Of a stretch of 64,000 bases of DNA, positions 52,470 through 64,000 are shown piece by piece. The DNA is from Ylistrum balloti (lineage: Eukaryota). Under the pieces are notes generated by a model, which did not search any database, was not told the origin of the DNA, and saw only the letters and a program-made list of their open reading frames with translations. How positions within the stretch are numbered: position 1 is the first letter of the stretch; the number at the start of each line of letters is the position of its first letter. The position numbers were made by a program, and so were the translations under genes. Location: contig NW_026782015.1 in NCBI RefSeq assembly GCF_031769215.1, positions 1,550,001 to 1,614,000 of the forward strand. Reading direction: 5' to 3'.

Positions 52470-52731
52470 AATGCAGGCTCTGGCCGACTGTTGGAGTAAC
52501 AGTACGTCCTGTTCTGGGCCCCAGGAGTGGACATGATACAGGCAGAACAGCCTGAGGAGTTGACACAGCGGTTGAGGTCTCCAATCAGGCTACACACATC
52601 ACTGGGCAGGTCAAGCTTGATAATCTCACTGTGAACAAAGTGGTCCAGACCTCCCATCACATATATACTATTGTTTACCACAGCAGAGCTTGGTGCCAAC
52701 ACAGAGTGTAGAGGTCGACTGAAGGACACAT
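52470..52731 (-). CDS. MEGF8: MEGF8 exon (kelch to PSI)
   Basis: TTTATTGCAG| acceptor; donor TT|GTACGT (a same-phase GTATGC 9 nt further is also possible); phase 1-2; ...SIYVMGGLDHFVHSEIIKLDLPSDVCSLIGDLNRC. Confidence 0.85.
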
Positions 52732-53148
52732 CTGCAATAAATATGTACTAGTTTAACATACTACTCGACCCATTAACGACTACAAAAGTGAAGCCTATTG
52801 TAAAATTTCAATATTTTGTTTTTGTATCTATATCATATTTACTGGGTGTAATTTCACAAACAATATGAGGGAAAATCCCAGTCAGATACAAGCAACATAC
52901 AAGCTAAGATCAGAGCTGTAATGTACACGCATATTCTATAAATGTACAAGGACATTTAAACAGTCTATTTATGTTATTATCACTTGACTTGACTGATGAT
53001 AATGGATTGTATGGAAATATCTAAAACATTCATATGATATAAAATTTAGATGCATTTGCAAACTTCGATTAAATAAATGCCTTGGAGTAATATCAATCCT
53101 ACAGTAGATCACAGTTACAATGGTAAATTCAACATCTTCTATACACAC

Positions 53149-53293
53149 CTCCTAAATCAAATTTGTGCCAATAGTTACAGAGGTATCGATAGATGAGGAT
53201 GCTGTTAGAGAAGTTGGAGTTGTCTGTTCGTCCTCCCATCACTACCATGTAGTCTCCCATGTCTACTGCTGTGTGAAGAAAGCGGGCATCCTT
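53149..53293 (-). CDS. MEGF8: MEGF8 exon (kelch)
   Basis: TATTTTGTAG| and GAG|GTGTGT; 145 nt, phase 0-1; KDARFLHTAVDMGDYMVVMGGRTDNSNFSNSILIYRYLCNYW. Confidence 0.9.
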
Positions 53294-53357
53294 CTACAAA
53301 ATAAACACATCTATCATGACATAAATTATAATTCAATCAAATATAGACCAGAGGAAA

Positions 53358-54420
53358 GACTTACCTGACTAACTCTCCTAAGCTTATAGGACCTGCCTTA
53401 CCTGACTAACTCTCCTAAGCTTATAGGACTTGCCTTACCTGACTAACTCTCCTTAGCTTATAGGACTTGCCTTACCTGACTAACTCTCCTAAGCTTATAG
53501 GACTTGCCTTACCTGACCAACTCTCCTTAGCTTATAGGACCTGCCTTACCTGACTAACTCTCCTAAGCTTATAGGACCTGCCTTACCTGACTAACTCTCC
53601 TAAGCTTATAGGACCTGCCTTACCTGACTAACTCTCCTTAGCTTATAGGACTTGCCTTACCTGACTAACTCTCCTAAGCTTATAGGACTTGCCTTACCTG
53701 ACTAACTCTCCTAAGCTTATAGGACCTGCCTTACCTGACTAACTCTCCTTAGCTTATAGGACTTGCCTCACCTGACTAACTCTCCTAAGCTTATAGGACT
53801 TGCCTTACCTGACTAACTCTCCTTAGCTTATAGGACTTGCCTCACCTGACTAACTCTCCTTAGCTTATAGGACTTGCCTCACCTGACTAACTCTCCTTAG
53901 CTTATAGGACTTGCCTCACCTGACTAACTCTCCTTAGCTTATAGGACCTGCCTTACCTGACCAACTCTCCTTAGCTTACAGGACTTGCCTTACCTAACTA
54001 CACTCCTCAGCCTGTAGGACCTGCCTTACCTGACTACCCTCCTCAGTCTATAGGACTTGAGTACAGACTTGCTGTAACTACCCTCTACTGCTATAGGATT
54101 TGAATAAGACTTACCTAACTACCCTCTGCTGTCTGTAGGATTTGAGTACAGACTTACTGTAACTACCCTCTACTGCTATAGGATTTGAATAAGACTTACC
54201 TAACTACCCTCTGCTGTCTGTAGGATTTGAGTACAGACTTACCTAACTACCCTCTGCTGTCTGTAGGATTTGAGTACAGACTTACTGTAACTACCCTCTA
54301 CTGCTACAGGATTTGAATAAGACTTACCTAACTACCCTCTGCTGTCTGTAGGATTTGAGTACAGACTTACTGTAACTACCCTCTGCTGTCTGTAGGATTT
54401 AAATACGACTTACCTGACTA
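53358..54420 (-). repeat. Compound 37-bp plus 42/43-bp arrays, both containing a MEGF8 5' splice site
   Basis: Plus-strand units CTTAC-CTGACTAACTCTCCTAAGCTTATAGGAC and GACTTAC-CTAACTACCCTC versus exon end ACTTAC-CTGACTACCCTCCTCAGCCTGGAGGAC. Confidence 0.92.
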
Positions 54421-54583
54421 CCCTCCTCAGCCTGGAGGACATTCCATTCTTTCTTGTCATTCTCTAGATTCAAAACATACAGCTGGTCTGATACTGAGAA
54501 TTTATCAATATGAAACAACATCCCTCCGTAGACAAAGATGGCATTTGTTTGTTCATGATAAACTGCGGTATGTCCATACAATC
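54414..54583 (-). CDS. MEGF8: MEGF8 exon (kelch)
   Basis: TTTGTTAACAG| and CAG|GTAAGT; 170 nt, phase 1-0; GLYGHTAVYHEQTNAIFVYGG...WNVLQAEEGSQ. Confidence 0.92.
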
Positions 54584-54757
54584 CTGTTAACAAAGAAAAA
54601 AAATGTTGAAATTACTGCTTTTCTAAAATATAAAACAACCTTCACTAAAATTTTTTCTATCTGTAAAACTTTTCACATTATCTATCAAATTTTCTATTGC
54701 TATTCAGAATGGATACCTTTCTTAAGGTGAAAGCCCTTTTTTGACTTAAAATCTTAC

Positions 54758-54950
54758 CTAAAGGAACAGCTCCATCCAAACTACCCCGATCATACTCTGA
54801 CCATGCCTTTCCATGCTCCACGTTGGTATCAAACATGTAGATCATGTTGGAGAAGTAGTTTTCTGTTGAGAATCCCCCAATGATAAGTAGCTTAGTTTCC
54901 TCTATTCGTGTCATAGTGTGTCCAGCCACAGGTTTTACCAGGGCTGGTAC
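54758..54950 (-). CDS. MEGF8: MEGF8 exon (kelch)
   Basis: GTTATACAG| and TAG|GTAAGA; 193 nt, phase 0-1; VPALVKPVAGHTMTRIEETKLLIIGGFSTENYF...GAVPL. Confidence 0.9.
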
Positions 54951-55004
54951 CTGTATAACAGTCACATACCATGTCATTGTCATAATATAGAACTTCATTC
55001 ATAT

Positions 55005-56255
55005 AAGGACAACTACAATCACTCAATGACATGTCTGTCTACTTGTACAGTATAACTACAATCACTCAATGACATGTCTGTCTACTTGTACAGTATAACT
55101 ACAATCACTCAATGACATGTCTGTCTACTTGTACAGTATAACTACAGTCACTCCATGACATGTCTGTCTACTTGTACAGTATAACTACAATCACTCAATG
55201 ACATGTCTGTCTACTTGTACAGTAAAACTACAATCACTCAATGACATGTCTGTCTACTTGTACAGTATAACTACAATCACTCAATGACATGTCTGTCTAC
55301 TTGTACAGTATAACTACAGTCACTCCATGACATGTCTGTCTACTTGTACAGTATAACTACAATCACTCAATGACATGTCTGTCTACTTGTACAGTAAAAC
55401 TACAGTCACTCCATGACATGTCTGTCTACTTGTACAGTATAACTACAATCACTCAATGACATGTCTGTCTACTTGTACAGTAAAACTACAATCACTCAAT
55501 GACATGTCTGTCTACTTGTACAGTATAACTACAGTCACTCCATGACATGTCTGTCTACTTGTACAGTAAAACTACAATCACTCAATGACATGTCTGTCTA
55601 CTTGTACAGTAAAACTACAATCACTCAATGACATGTCTGTCTACTTGTACAGTATAACTACAATCACTCAATGACATGTCTGTCTACTTGTACAGTAAAA
55701 CTACAATCACTCAATGACATGTCTGTCTACTTGTACAGTATAACTACAGTCACTCCATGACATGTCTGTCTACTTGTACAGTATAACTACAATCACTCAA
55801 TGACATGTCTGTCTACTTGTACAGTATAACTACAATCACTCAATGACATGTCTGTCTACTTGTACAGTATAACTACAATCACTCAATGACATGTCTGTCT
55901 ACTTGTACAGTATAACTACAGTCACTCCATGACATGTCTGTCTACTTGTACAGTATAACTACAATCACTCAATGACATGTCTGTCTACTTGTACAGTATA
56001 ACTACAATCACTCAATGACATGTCTGTCTACTTGTACAGTATAACTACAATCACTCAATGACATGTCTGTCTACTTGTACAGTATAACTACAGTCACTCA
56101 ATGACATGTCTGTCTACTTGTACAGTATAACTACAATCACTCAATGACATGTCTGTCTACTTGTACAGTATAACTACAATCACTCAATGACATGTCTGTC
56201 TACTTGTACAGTACAACTACAATCACTCAATGACATGTCTGTCTACTTGTACAAT
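55005..56255. repeat. 43-bp minisatellite, about 29 copies
   Basis: Unit CAATCACTCAATGACATGTCTGTCTACTTGTACAGTATAACTA. Confidence 0.95.
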
Positions 56256-56322
56256 GTGATAAACGGAGTTTCATTTATCATTATATAAGGGCAGTATACC
56301 TGCAATCTCCATGTTTACTAAC

Positions 56323-56473
56323 CGACATACGTGTCCACTTGCGCCCACCAATAGAGAAGCTCCAGAGCTCATTGGAAGCCTTGTATTTCTGGTTACCAGT
56401 CCTGTCTTTGATGAATCCTCCATATATAAACAGCTGTCTCTTTATAGGAATACAGGCAGCAGCGTGGTAATAC
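56323..56473 (-). CDS. MEGF8: MEGF8 exon (kelch)
   Basis: GTTACCCAG| and TCG|GTTAGT; 151 nt, phase 2-0; RYYHAAACIPIKRQLFIYGG...NELWSFSIGGRKWTRMS. Confidence 0.88.
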
Positions 56474-56721
56474 CTGGGTAACAATGATACAAGGTAAAAT
56501 CATCAGTGCATGTTGGATAACGTGTAAAATCATAATTGAAAGGGGATCTAGCAACAGACGTAGACAGCAATTATGAGATACTATGGAGTGAATACAAATT
56601 AGGAATGTTGAAGGATCCAGGAGATATCTTATATACAAGTTTTGAGCTACAGACACACAGACAAACATACTAAGTGATAAATACATCCCTCTCTTTACTA
56701 ACAGGTGGTAATGTTACAATA

Positions 56722-57940
56722 TAGTGAAACCTGAATTAAGACCAATCTCATTACTAAGACCACCTTACAATTAAGACCATCTCATTACTGAGACCACCTT
56801 GCAATTAGGACCATCTCATTACTAAGACCACCTTGCAATTAGGACCATCTCATTACTGAGACCACCTTGCAATTAGGACCATCTCATTACTAAGACCACC
56901 TTGCAATTAAGACATCTCATTACTAAGACCACCTTGCAATTATACCATCTCATTACTAAGACCACCTTACAATTAAGACCATCTCATTACTAAGACCACC
57001 TTGCAATTAGGACCATCTCATTACTAAGACCACCTTGCAATTAAGACCATCTCATTACTAAGACCACCTTGCAATTAAGACCATCTCATTACTAAGACCA
57101 CCTTGCAATTAAGACCATCTCATTACTAAGACCACCTTGCAATTAAGACCATCTCATTACTAAGACCACCTTACAATTAAGACCATCTCATTACTGAGAC
57201 CACCTTGCAATTAGGACCATCTCATTACTAAGACCACCTTGCAATTAGGACCATCTCATTACTGAGACCACCTTGCAATTAGGACCATCTCATTACTAAG
57301 ACCACCTTGCAATTAAGACATCTCATTACTAAGACCACCTTGCAATTATACCATCTCATTACTAAGACCACCTTACAATTAAGACCATCTCATTACTAAG
57401 ACCACCTTGCAATTAGGACCATCTCATTACTAAGACCACCTTGCAATTAAGACCATCTCATTACTAAGACCACCTTGCAATTAAGACCATCTCATTACTA
57501 AGACCACCTTGCAATTAAGACCATCTCATTACTAAGACCACCTTGCAATTAAGACCATCTCATTACTAAGACCACCTTGCAATTAAGACCATCTCATTAC
57601 TAAGACCACCTTGCAATTAAGACCAGTTTTAGAAAGTCTTAAAAGGCCAGTTTTACATTGAAATTCATCTCACTAATCTGACCACAGACCAGTCACAAAG
57701 TTGCCTGATGTGTATCCCACTGTTATGTTAGATATGAGATAACTTAGGTTTATTCAAGATTCAAACCTGGACATTAGTTTATTTAATGGTATAATCTGGT
57801 TAAATGACGGAGAAAATAGGGACAAATGTAACCATAAGGGTAATCTGTATGCTTGGTCACACTCACTATTCAGACCATCCCAATATTTAAGACCATCGGT
57901 GTTCAGTCTCAGAGGTAGTCTTAATAGTAAGGTCTCACTG
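56722..57940. mobile_element. Non-autonomous TIR DNA element (MITE, Tc1/mariner-pogo-like) carrying an internal 34-bp array
   Basis: Left end TAGTGAAACCTGAATTAAGACC; right end reverse complement CAGTGAGACCTTACTATTAAGACT; TA on both flanks (56720-56721, 57941-57942); no transposase ORF. Confidence 0.7.
56735..57625. repeat. 34-bp minisatellite inside the TIR element, about 26 copies
   Basis: Unit GACCATCTCATTACTAAGACCACCTTGCAATTAA. Confidence 0.95.
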
Positions 57941-58025
57941 TATTTTGTTAAGATTTCATTATGTTTACAACATAAAAATATGACTTGAGGTTTAGTAATA
58001 CACTAGTTTTATACAAGTACATTAC

Positions 58026-58306
58026 CTGCTCTCTGGTTCATCGATGGTAATCGGCATGATTTGGTTCCACTTGTTTCGGGTGATGTTAAATACCCACAGA
58101 TCATTGAGTAGCCCCTTCTCTAGAGAATGACCTCCGAACATGTAGAGCAGCTCATCTCCACAGGCTGTAAGGGTGTGGCCATACCTGTTCCACTGACCAA
58201 ACAGGCCCCTAAGACGTGGTACTGCTTGGTAGAACCAGGGTAACAGCTCAATACTGTAGTTAGCTCCCCCCTGGAAGTTACCTTGACATCTACATGAATA
58301 TCTCTC
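58026..58306 (-). CDS. MEGF8: MEGF8 exon (EGF-like end, first kelch repeat)
   Basis: CTTTTTTCAG| and AG|GTAATG; 281 nt, phase 0-2; ...RYGHTLTACGDELLYMFGGHSLEKGLLNDLWVFNITRNKW. Confidence 0.88.
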
Positions 58307-58491
58307 CTGAAAAAAGATTCAAACAATAAATATAAGAAGGGCCCACTGATTCTACATTTGCTGTTGTTAAATAACACTTGGGGGGGGTGGGATGGGAGAG
58401 AGAATTACGTCCTTCAAACCAAGGGACATAAAACTCCAAAGATGTCGAAGAAACACATTAGAATCACTATGTTAACCCATTTATCACTCAC

Positions 58492-58655
58492 CTGTATAAA
58501 GGTACAGTTGTCTGTACAGATGTAGTTGTCACAGTCAGGACCATCATGGCCACTCTCACAGATACAGCGGTCACCCTCACACACTTTGTTTGTGGAGCAC
58601 ACAGAGGGACATTTGTTCATGTGATAGCTGGCATTAAATCCAGGTATACGATGGT
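58492..58655 (-). CDS. MEGF8: MEGF8 exon (end of CUB domain, EGF-like); most 5' exon visible
   Basis: TTTTCTCAATCAG| (in-frame alternative AG 15 nt upstream) and CAG|GTGAGT; 164 nt, phase 1-0; HRIPGFNASYHMNKCPSVC...CICESGHDGPDCDNYICTDNCTFIQ. Confidence 0.85.
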
Positions 58656-58825
58656 CTGATTGAGAAAATACTGTTCATATCAGCAAACAATCACTTTCAC
58701 AAAATAGTAAAATAAAATTGATTTAGAGAACATGTATATGAAGTTAATGGCATGCTTCATCAATATGATTAGAATAATTCAGCCTCTAACCTTTGATAAT
58801 TAAAAAATAATCTCAACACAGTGAT

Positions 58826-61800
58826 CACAATAATTTATACTTCAGCCTTTGGTGATTACAATAATTTATACTTCAGCCTTTGGTGATTACAATAATTTAT
58901 ACTTCAGCCTTTGGTGATTACAATAATTTATACTTCAGCCTTTGGTGATTACAATAATTTATACTTCAGCCTTTGGTGATTACAATAATTTATACTTCAG
59001 CCTTTGGTGATTACAATAATTTATACTTCAGCCTTTGGTGATTACAATAATTTATACTTCAGCCTTTGGTGATTACAATAATTTATACTTCAGCCTTTGG
59101 TGATTACAATAATTTATACTTCAGCCTTTGGTGATTACAATAATTTATACTTCAGCCTTTGGTGATTACAATAATTTATACTTCAGCCTTTGGTGATTAC
59201 AATAATTTATACTTCAGCCTTTGGTGATTACAATAATTTATACTTCAGCCTTTGGTGATTACAATAATTTATACTTCAGCCTTTGGTGATTACAATAATT
59301 TATACTTCAGCCTTTGGTGATTACAATAATTTATACTTCAGCCTTTGGTGATTACAATAATTTATACTTCAGCCTTTGGTGATTACAATAATTTATACTT
59401 CAGCCTTTGGTGATTACAATAATTTATACTTCAGCCTTTGGTGATTACAATAATTTATACTTCAGCCTTTGGTGATTACAATAATTTATACTTCAGCCTT
59501 TGGTGATTACAATAATTTATACTTCAGCCTTTGGTGATTACAATAATTTATACTTCAGCCTTTGGTGATCACAATAATTTATACTTCAGCCTTTGGTGAT
59601 TACAATAATTTATACTTCAGCCTTTGGTGATTACAATAATTTATACTTCAGCCTTTGGTGATTACAATAATTTATACTTCAGCCTTTGGTGATCACAATA
59701 ATTTATACTTCAGCCTTTGGTGATTACAATAATTTATACTTCAGCCTTTGGTGATTACAATAATTTATACTTCAGCCTTTGGTGATTACAATAATTTATA
59801 CTTCAGCCTTTGGTGATTACAATAATTTATACTTCAGCCTTTGGTGATTACAATAATTTATACTTCAGCCTTTGGTGATTACAATAATTTATACTTCAGC
59901 CTTTGGTGATCACAATAATTTATACTTCAGCCTTTGGTGATTACAATAATTTATACTTCAGCCTTTGGTGATTACAATAATTTATACTTCAGCCTTTGGT
60001 GATCACAATAATTTATACTTCAGCCTTTGGTGATTACAATAATTTATACTTCAGCCTTTGGTGATTACAATAATTTATACTTCAGCCTTTGGTGATTACA
60101 ATAATTTATACTTCAGCCTTTGGTGATTACAATAATTTATACTTCAGCCTTTGGTGATTACAATAATTTATACTTCAGCCTTTGGTGATTACAATAATTT
60201 ATACTTCAGCCTTTGGTGATTACAATAATTTATACTTCAGCCTTTGGTGATTACAATAATTTATACTTCAGCCTTTGGTGATTACAATAATTTATACTTC
60301 AGCCTTTGGTGATTACAATAATTTATACTTCAGCCTTTGGTGATTACAATAATTTATACTTCAGCCTTTGGTGATTACAATAATTTATACTTCAGCCTTT
60401 GGTGATTACAATAATTTATACTTCAGCCTTTGGTGATTACAATAATTTATACTTCAGCCTTTGGTGATTACAATAATTTATACTTCAGCCTTTGGTGATT
60501 ACAATAATTTATACTTCAGCCTTTGGTGATTACAATAATTTATACTTCAGCCTTTGGTGATTACAATAATTTATACTTCAGCCTTTGGTGATTACAATAA
60601 TTTATACTTCAGCCTTTGGTGATTACAATAATTTATACTTCAGCCTTTGGTGATTACAATAATTTATACTTCAGCCTTTGGTGATTACAATAATTTATAC
60701 TTCAGCCTTTGGTGATTACAATAATTTATACTTCAGCCTTTGGTGATTACAATAATTTATACTTCAGCCTTTGGTGATCACAATAATTTATACTTCAGCC
60801 TTTGGTGATCACAATAATTTATACTTCAGCCTTTGGTGATCACAATAATTTATACTTCAGCCTTTGGTGATTACAATAATTTATACTTCAGCCTTTGGTG
60901 ATTACAATAATTTATACTTCAGCCTTTGGTGATTACAATAATTTATACTTCAGCCTTTGGTGATTACAATAATTTATACTTCAGCCTTTGGTGATTACAA
61001 TAATTTATACTTCAGCCTTTGGTGATTACAATAATTTATACTTCAGCCTTTGGTGATTACAATAATTTATACTTCAGCCTTTGGTGATCACAATAATTTA
61101 TACTTCAGCCTTTGGTGATTACAATAATTTATACTTCAGCCTTTGGTGATTACAATAATTTATACTTCAGCCTTTGGTGATTACAATAATTTATACTTCA
61201 GCCTTTGGTGATCACAATAATTTATACTTCAGCCTTTGGTGATCACAATAATTTATACTTCAGCCTTTGGTGATTACAATAATTTATACTTCAGCCTTTG
61301 GTGATTACAATAATTTATACTTCAGCCTTTGGTGATTACAATAATTTATACTTCAGCCTTTGGTGATTACAATAATTTATACTTCAGCCTTTGGTGATTA
61401 CAATAATTTATACTTCAGCCTTTGGTGATCACAATAATTTATACTTCAGCCTTTGGTGATTACAATAATTTATACTTCAGCCTTTGGTGATTACAATAAT
61501 TTATACTTCAGCCTTTGGTGATTACAATAATTTATACTTCAGCCTTTGGTGATCACAATAATTTATACTTCAGCCTTTGGTGATTACAATAATTTATACT
61601 TCAGCCTTTGGTGATTACAATAATTTATACTTCAGCCTTTGGTGATTACAATAATTTATACTTCAGCCTTTGGTGATTACAATAATTTATACTTCAGCCT
61701 TTGGTGATTACAATAATTTATACTTCAGCCTTTGGTGATTACAATAATTTATACTTCAGCCTTTGGTGATTACAATAATTTATACTTCAGCCTTTGGTGA

Positions 61801-62740
61801 TTACAATAATTTATACTTCAGCCTTTGGTGATTACAATAATTTATACTTCAGCCTTTGGTGATTACAATAATTTATACTTCAGCCTTTGGTGATTACAAT
61901 AATTTATACTTCAGCCTTTGGTGATTACAATAATTTATACTTCAGCCTTTGGTGATTACAATAATTTATACTTCAGCCTTTGGTGATTACAATAATTTAT
62001 ACTTCAGCCTTTGGTGATTACAATAATTTATACTTCAGCCTTTGGTGATTACAATAATTTATACTTCAGCCTTTGGTGATTACAATAATTTATACTTCAG
62101 CCTTTGGTGATTACAATAATTTATACTTCAGCCTTTGGTGATTACAATAATTTATACTTCAGCCTTTGGTGATTACAATAATTTATACTTCAGCCTTTGG
62201 TGATTACAATAATTTATACTTCAGCCTTTGGTGATTACAATAATTTATACTTCAGCCTTTGGTGATTACAATAATTTATACTTCAGCCTTTGGTGATTAC
62301 AATAATTTATACTTCAGCCTTTGGTGATTACAATAATTTATACTTCAGCCTTTGGTGATTACAATAATTTATACTTCAGCCTTTGGTGATTACAATAATT
62401 TATACTTCAGCCTTTGGTGATTACAATAATTTATACTTCAGCCTTTGGTGATTACAATAATTTATACTTCAGCCTTTGGTGATTACAATAATTTATACTT
62501 CAGCCTTTGGTGATTACAATAATTTATACTTCAGCCTTTGGTGATTACAATAATTTATACTTCAGCCTTTGGTGATTACAATAATTTATACTTCAGCCTT
62601 TGGTGATTACAATAATTTATACTTCAGCCTTTGGTGATCACAATAATTTATACTTCAGCCTTTGGTGATCACAATAATTTATACTTCAGCCTTTGGTGAT
62701 CACAATAATTTATACTTCAGCCTTTGGTGATTACAATAAT
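58826..62740. repeat. 31-bp minisatellite, about 126 nearly identical copies
   Basis: Unit TACAATAATTTATACTTCAGCCTTTGGTGAT; the only recurrent variant seen is GATTACA to GATCACA. Confidence 0.97.
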
Positions 62741-62769
62741 TCAACCTTTGACATAAGCTGATTAGGTGA

Positions 62770-63875
62770 TAATAATTCAACCTTCAGCCTCACACTGAAC
62801 TTCTGGCTTTGGATGAAGAAATACAATCATTTAACCTCTGACCTTGGATAACATTGATTTAACCTCTGACCTTATAATTTGGTGACTAAAATAATTCAAC
62901 CTTTAGCCCTACACTTAACTTCTGGCTTTGGATGAAGAAATACAATCATTTAACCTCTGACCTTATAATTTGGTGACTAAAATAATTCAACCTTTGGCCC
63001 TACACTTAACTTCTGGCTTTGGATGAAGAAATACAATCATTTAACCTCTGACCTTATAATTTGGTGACTAAAATAATTCAACCTTTGGCCCTACACTTAA
63101 CTTCTGGCTTTGGATGAAGAAATACAATCATTTAACCTCTGACCTTATAATTTGGTGACTAAAATAATTCAACCTTTGGCCCTACACTTAACTTCTGGCT
63201 TTGGATGAAGAAATACAATCATTTAACCTCTGACCTTATAATTTGGTGACTAAAATAATTCAACCTTTGGCCCTACACTTAACTTCTGGCTTTGGATGAA
63301 GAAATACAATCATTTAACCTCTGACCTAATAATTTGGTGACTAAAATAATTCAACCTTTGGCCCTACACTTAACTTCTGGCTTTGGATGAAGAAATACAA
63401 TCATTTAACCTCTGACCTTATAATTTGGTGACTAAAATAATTCAACCTTTGGCCCTACACTTAACTTCTGGCTTTGGATGAAGAAATACAATCATTTAAC
63501 CTCTGACCTAATAATTTGGTGACTAAAATAATTCAACCTTTGGCCCTACACTTAACTTCTGGCTTTGGATGAAGAAATACAATCATTTAACCTCTGACCT
63601 TATAATTTGGTGACTAAAATAATTCAACCTTTGGCCCTACACTTAACTTCTGGCTTTGGATGAAGAAATACAATCATTTAACCTCTGACCTTATAATTTG
63701 GTGACTAAAATAATTCAACCTTTGGCCCTACACTTAACTTCTGGCTTTGGATGAAGAAATACAATCATTTAACCTCTGACCTAATAATTTGGTGACTAAA
63801 ATAATTCAACCTTTGGCCCTACACTTAACTTCTGGCTTTGGATGAAGAAATACAATCATTTAACCTCTGACCTTG
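62770..63875. repeat. 91-bp minisatellite, about 12 copies
   Basis: Unit AACCTTTGGCCCTACACTTAACTTCTGGCTTTGGATGAAGAAATACAATCATTTAACCTCTGACCTTATAATTTGGTGACTAAAATAATTC; period 62941 to 63032. Confidence 0.95.
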
Positions 63876-64000
63876 GATAACTAATGGTATCAATGATTTC
63901 CAAGCACACAGTCAGCAGCCATTGCAGAGCGCTAAATAAGTTCTATGACAAATAGGAGGGTTGTATGATGAATACATATGGACTCAGAACCAACATCATT

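Noticed and set aside
56299-56322. Alternative MEGF8 donor TGCAG|GTATAC
   Set aside because: It ends in phase 2 and gives a stop in the next exon; the GTTAGT donor at 56322 keeps the frame.
63872-63942. Candidate upstream MEGF8 exon with AAG|GTCAGA donor at the edge of the 91-bp array
   Set aside because: Only the phase-2-ending frame is open (NLFSALQWLL...), which cannot join the phase-1 exon at 58655 and does not resemble a CUB domain.

Overview
Metazoan genomic DNA, AT-rich and spliceosomal. A bivalve or other mollusc is inferred from the repeat landscape, not proven. Two convergent multi-exon genes were rebuilt by hand with consistent splice phases. (1) HS2ST1 on + has 6 coding exons at 2882-31000 (291 aa plus stop); its 5' exon(s) with the membrane anchor were not found and probably lie upstream. 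(2) The C-terminal half of MEGF8 on - has 18 coding exons at 58655-41453 (about 1393 aa). About half of the window (hand estimate) is about 30 mostly unrelated minisatellite arrays, which explain almost all long ORFs in the supplied track. There is also a TA-flanked TIR element and several copies of a hairpin-ended dispersed repeat. The most striking pattern is that five arrays are tandem amplifications of real exon-intron junctions, so the true splice site sits beside 8 to about 45 decoy copies. In one array the distal acceptor copies read CAG|GTATGG, like a recursive splice site. Also seen: a phase-compatible chain of exon-like segments inside an HS2ST1 intron, and a probable assembly ghost duplicate. 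No rRNA, tRNA or CRISPR array was seen.
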